Of a DNA stretch of 64,000 nucleotides, positions 58,671-64,000 are shown piece after piece (the first letter of the stretch is position 1; every line of letters starts with the position of its first letter). A model generated the notes under the pieces. The model did not search any database. It was not told the origin of the DNA and saw only the letters and a list, made by a program, of their open reading frames with translations. A program made the position numbers and the translations under genes. Location of the stretch: NCBI GenBank assembly GCA_030295235.1, contig AP026132.1, positions 434,001 to 498,000 on the forward strand. Direction: 5' to 3'. Source of the stretch: Fistulifera solaris (lineage: Eukaryota).

Positions 58671-61600
58671 TTAGGATAGTTGGTGTCCGCCTTTACTTCG
58701 TCTTCCGCCACCTTTGATTTTGCCTGCCAGTAAACCAAACATACCCGATGCCTTTTGGCTCTGCAATTCATCGTCCGCATTGGAAGAGGTATGAGACTTC
58801 GTCTTTGCTCGTCGCTTTTTCTTGCCCTTACCGGCCTCTTTCACCAAAGTTCCCATTACTTCCGCGATTTGAGGGTTGCCTTCTGCCAAACCCAACTCTT
58901 GGAAGACACCATACGCCTCGGTCCAGCACTTTTGAGCTTCTTCTTCGTTTCCCTGCATCTTGTGGATATTGCCGATCATAAATAGGACGTTTACGTAGTC
59001 ACCGTCGGGTTCCGTTCCGTTCTCTTGTCGTATACGAATGAATTCGTCCAGAAGCTGGTAAGCACGGTCAAGCTCTGCTGCTCGAAATTCCAATGTACCC
59101 ATGTACTGCAAGACGGCAGCCACACTTTCGTCTTGTTCGCCAAAGATCCGGATACGAATGGTCAAAGCTAAAATAGCAAGAGAATTAGTTAGCAATCTCA
59201 ACGTGAACAACAATTTTCATCGCAACGTACCTTCTTTGTATGATTCCATAGCATCGCTCGTGGCGTTCATATCACTTTGAACGTTCCCCATTGCAATCAA
59301 GGCGTCCGCCAGCTTCTCGTGGTTATCGCCTAGCTCAGCCCGTCGAATTCGAAGGCATTCTTCGTAGCATTCGACTGCTAAATCGTACTCTGCTTTCTCT
59401 CTGTGTACATTGCCAATGTTCTTGAGTGTCTCTGATACTTTAATGTGATCCTCGTGTTGCTTTCTTATACGAAGCGATTCCCACAGTAATGATATTGCAT
59501 CGTCTAGTTCACTTCTTTGGGCTTGTAAATATCCCATCATATTAAGCGTGTCTCCCACTTCTTTTGAATCATCTCCCAGCTGGAATTTGCGAATGCTCAA
59601 AGACTCTTCAAAACATTGCAAAGCACGGTCAGATGCTTGATTCTTTTGTAAAGTGTAACCCATACTGTAATACGTCTCTGCGACTGCAAGATCGTCGGGT
59701 CCAAGACGGCTTTCACGGATTTCCAGAGCTTGAACATAATTCTTCATTGCCGAATCGTATTCGCCCAAATCGTCCATCAAGTCGCCAAGCTCTTGCAGCA
59801 CTGTAGCTACAGCCTCCTAAGAAATGAAACAACCGTGAGTATGGTTCATGTTCGCAAATGGAAAGCAAACGAGTATGTCAACGTACATGATTTTCCCCGT
59901 GCACAATCTTTCGGATTCTCAAGGCCTCCCCGAAAGCAATTTCGGCTTTCTTAGTCTTTCCCACCAGGCGTGCCAAGCTTCCAATTTTCTCGTGCGTTAC
60001 TGCTACTTTTCACTATCTGGTAGTCGGAGCTGACGGATTTTTAGAGCTTCCTCGAGGCATTTGAGAGCTTTGTCAAGCCGATTGCGACACTGATGCAAAA
60101 ATGCCATGTTAAAAAAGAGTACTAGCGACATCCAGATGAACGAAACCAAGTACTTTTCGACGCGCATGAAGACTTTCTTCGAATAATTTCATTGCCTTCT
60201 TATGCTCTCCGCTCATTAGATAAACACAACCGATAAGATGGAGAAGGGACGCAACCTTCTCTTTTCGGTGAGGAACCTTAGTTACCAATACCTGGAGTGC
60301 TTTTTCATAGCATTCAAGACCATGGCCTTGTCGACCGCGCAGATTGTGAAGCATGCCTTCAATGGTGAGAATATCAGCATCTCGCTCTCCTCCGCCCTCT
60401 GGATCTAAACTTTTTAGCCTTATAGCTTCCTCGAAATGGGCGATTGCTTCCTCTGTTTTACCCTGATCTGAGAGGCAGTTGCCAATATGATGGAAAGTGG
60501 TTGCTAATTCTGGATGATCATCTCCAAGGTCAACTTGCTGCGAACGTAAAGCATCTTGAAAGCATTGTAAGGCTTCTTCGATTTCCCCTTTGCTGTAGTG
60601 AATCTTGCCCATATTTTCAAGAATGTCTCCAATGTCTATGCGATAATGACTAGGCTCAATGTGCATAACATCGAGCGCCCAGTTGTAACTTTCCATGGCC
60701 TCGTGATAATCGCTCATGCTTAAAAACACATCGCCAATCTTTTGTATCGTTTGCGCATACAAAATATGCTCTTCGCCGTGAATAGCTCCTCTGATTTTCA
60801 GACACTGCTTTAAGGATCCTAGTGCTTGCTCGTACTCACTCATTTCAGCGTACACTACGCCTACATTGAACAAAACTGCAGCGACAAGCTCGACAAGACC
60901 GAGGGCGGAAACGAGAAGCTCCTGACTCTTATCCCAGTGTGATATTGCAGCTTCCCAGCACCTCTTCTCTGCCAAAGAAAAGCCAATGTCGAAATGACTT
61001 CGCCCAACCTCAACAGCTTCCGGTGACCCTTCTTCTTTAATCAAATCGTCCTCATCCATGTACAACAAATCGCCAAGTATGGAATAAGCTTTCTTGAGCA
61101 TCCCCTTTGGATCAAATTTATTCTTCCCTGAACCTTTTTGTTGCATCATCAGCTCAAATAAAGACTCACAATCTTTGATTTGGCGTCTAGTTCCGTTCTC
61201 GCGACCAAGCGCAAAAAGTCTCCCGCGTACAAATTTGGAATTGCATAGAAGCTGGGCAGCCTCGGTGAGCATCCCCCCTCTGAACATATGGGAAGGAATT
61301 GTTTCCAAAGCGTAATCAAGTCCCGCATCTGGTGCTTCGGTGTCCCAATCTATTGGCTTAGACAAATATGATTCCGCGAAGGCTCTGTTCCATCGACGCT
61401 CGCCATCTTTGACAAGGTCCGACAGAGCCTTTTCTTCTTCATACAAAAATTCTCCATATTCTTCTTGTATCTTATGCATAATCTGGTAATACTTCTCTTC
61501 TTGTTCTTCTCCTTCCTCGCCCTCTTCTACGAAAGTGATAATGACCTTAAACACTCCTAGTGACGAGAGGGCTTCGGGTATGAGTGCAGCTGCGTCGCGC

Positions 61601-64000
61601 TTGTCAGTGTTTGCTAGGCTTCCTTCGTTTCTCAAGAATTCTTCCTCCAGATCTATCAGAGAGTCAAAAAGCTGTTCGGTAATGGATAATGGGACGATCG
61701 GAGTAGAATCTGCTAATGCAAAGTCTGATATAAAGCTTCGATCGCAAAACACCTTAACAAATGCAGCAAAACAAAATTTGATGATGATTGTTGGGTGACC
61801 GTCAATTGCTGGTGATAGACTCATGTTCAAAATTTCAAACATCATGTCAGCATCCTCTTCAGTAGAGCTCCGGGTCACCGTTTGCATGCATTGGACCACA
61901 TCACGCTGAATTTCCTCAGCAGAGCTTATAGGCGATCCTCCAGGCGCATGTTTTAAATTCAACCATCGCCCCAGTGACTTGACAGCTAGAGCGTGGTGTG
62001 CGCATTCCACTACGACGGAGTTGATCTCAGCTGATTCTGGTTTTATCACCTTCATCAAGGCACCTGATTCTCGTACAAGTAACTTAACTGCTTCGTTGTG
62101 TTCTAACATTTCTACCTCAACAGTGTCAGCAGCTGGAAGTAAGTTGCGGCGCCGACTCGTTGCAAGTGTCACGCATGAGCCCTCCTCTTCCTCGGGCGGT
62201 ACTTGTGGCGTAAAATCAAACCAGTCTAAATCTGGGTCAAAGCAGACATCATCAAGAATGATAAGAACGTTCCTTTGCTCCAGAAACTCTACCATAGTCT
62301 CTTTCACAAAAACCATGAATCCCTCTTCGCGTCTCCTTCTCTTTGCTTTGGATTCCCCGGGTGTGTGAAGCAATTCAGGGAACAGGGGCTCTTCCTCAGG
62401 CTCTACTTCCAGTTGACCGATTAAATCCTGCAAACACTGTACATAGCGGGTGTAATTCAGTTCAGTTGGCCCAATGTAGACCCAGGCAATGCCATCATGA
62501 AAAAAGCGGCGCACGTCGGGATGGTTCGCGACCATGGCAGCAATTGTAGTTTTGCCCACTCCTGCAACGCCTAAAGACTCCTCATCATCCGGGTCTTCGG
62601 GAATGGAGGTCACTGAGACCAAAGTCGATGGGGAGAGACCAGCTGGAGCATCGGGGTTACGTATTTTGGGAAAACTATCTTTCATTCTCGTGTCAGTCAC
62701 TACCTCGGGAGGAAGAATCCGTCGCAAGACGCTCGCCATAATCGGTATTCTTGTTAGGAATTCTCCATTGATCTTTTCTAGAACTTGCAATGCTGCTTCG
62801 GGGGGAGGTACCAATTCATCATCATTCGGTTGAGCCGGAGTTTCGTCGTTTTCGTCGTCCTCTATAGCACAAATATCCATTAGAGCCTCAGTGTCGGGAC
62901 ACCATTGGTCGCAACTAAGTAAAACCTCATAGCAGATCTGCCGAAACGTTGTCAAATCAGGGCTATGGAGAAGAGTGGTCGCTTCTTCGTCATGCCCCGT
63001 AGCTTCCCACGCAGACTGGATTTCTTGAGTAATTGTGTAAGCGGGAGTATCCACGTCGTCATATATACATGTAATTTCAAGTGTGTCTCGACCAAGAAGC
63101 TCTAAGAGGGTAAGATAGGAAGTGTTCGCACGTGCATTCCACTGTTGTTTCTCAGCAACACGATAGCAAAGGTCTCCCACCTGCTCCACGGTCAAGTTGA
63201 CGCCGTACAAGAAATCCTCCATCTCTTCGCTCATTTCGGTGTTTAACCCTTGTAATAAAATTTGCTCTAGTTGACCAAAAATATCGTCAAGCAGCCCAGT
63301 GTAGCCGAGCAACGTTTTCAATCCATCTATGGTCGCACGATCAGAACTCTTAGCGAATGTACAAAGCAACTCATATTCGTCGGAAAGCCGTAGCAAGATC
63401 CCCACAATTCTTTCAAAGCCTTGTAAAACTTTAGTAGATAGAGCCTCGCCATCTTCCTCCTCGTCCTCGTCGGATTTTTTGTGCTTCTTTAGCTTTATTC
63501 TCCGTGTTTCCCTTTTTCGCTTCAATGTGTTTATCAAGTTCGATCATTGCCTCATTGACTTTCGAGGCGAAATCTAGAAGAGCTTCACTTTTAACTTTTA
63601 TTCGACTCCGCTTTCTGTTCTTTTTCGGTCTATGTTCATCAGCAAGGTGCGCATCGTCTTCTGAAACTATCGTATTCCGAGGCAGCTCAATTAGCTTCTT
63701 AATTTGCTCTCGTGTGTAGCCAACTGCACCTGTTGGTCGTTCAACAGTACTCTTGACTAGTGCCTGCATACGACTTCTTCGACTTGAAGCTGAAGCATTG
63801 CTAACTTTCGAGTCGACTGATCTTTCGCCATCGGGAAGTTCTGACCCTTTTCCAGCGGCCAGCATCGTTGTTAGTGTAACTGGTCCGCTACTTTCCCCAA
63901 GTAAGTTTCCGGCTAGGTATGTTCGTTTATCGCTTTTGTTTGTACTCTGGCTGGCAATAGTATAGTTGTCTGTCGGTCCATCGTTTTTGTCCGAAAGTAT
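58671..64000 (-). CDS. Large NB-ARC (STAND NTPase)-TPR protein, 5'-truncated by the window edge
   Basis: GVAGVGKTT Walker A, LIILDDV Walker B, TSRRR sensor, HALAV (GLPL-like), then more than 10 TPR repeats; frameshifts ~63515 and ~60112; introns ~59817-59886 and 59168-59230; frame is open to 64000. Confidence 0.85.

Overview
Gene-dense eukaryotic nuclear DNA with short (~60-170 bp) GT-AG introns and bipartite signal + Phe plastid presequences, most consistent with a pennate diatom (inference). About 27 protein-coding loci are visible. Many are broken by single-base frameshifts, often at homopolymer runs, which look like uncorrected long-read errors rather than pseudogenes. The standout is 9129-15871 (+). 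After removing one intron and repairing two 1-nt frameshifts, it reads as one ~2,200-aa polypeptide: acyl-CoA-binding domain, DegT-type PLP aminotransferase, membrane segment, fatty acyl-CoA reductase, DHAP/G3P acyltransferase and alkyl-DHAP synthase. That is the whole committed ether-lipid pathway plus an unexplained transaminase. Other points of interest are a secreted Pro/Ala-repeat GDPH/VWD protein, a transposon pocket (two hAT-like MITEs and a 1.7-kb PIF/Harbinger-like element), a fucosyltransferase-like/GT61/fucosyltransferase-like trio, two paralogous prolyl-4-hydroxylase-like genes and a large NB-ARC-TPR protein running off the right edge. No rRNA, tRNA or CRISPR was found. All calls come from motif recognition by eye; no searches were run.
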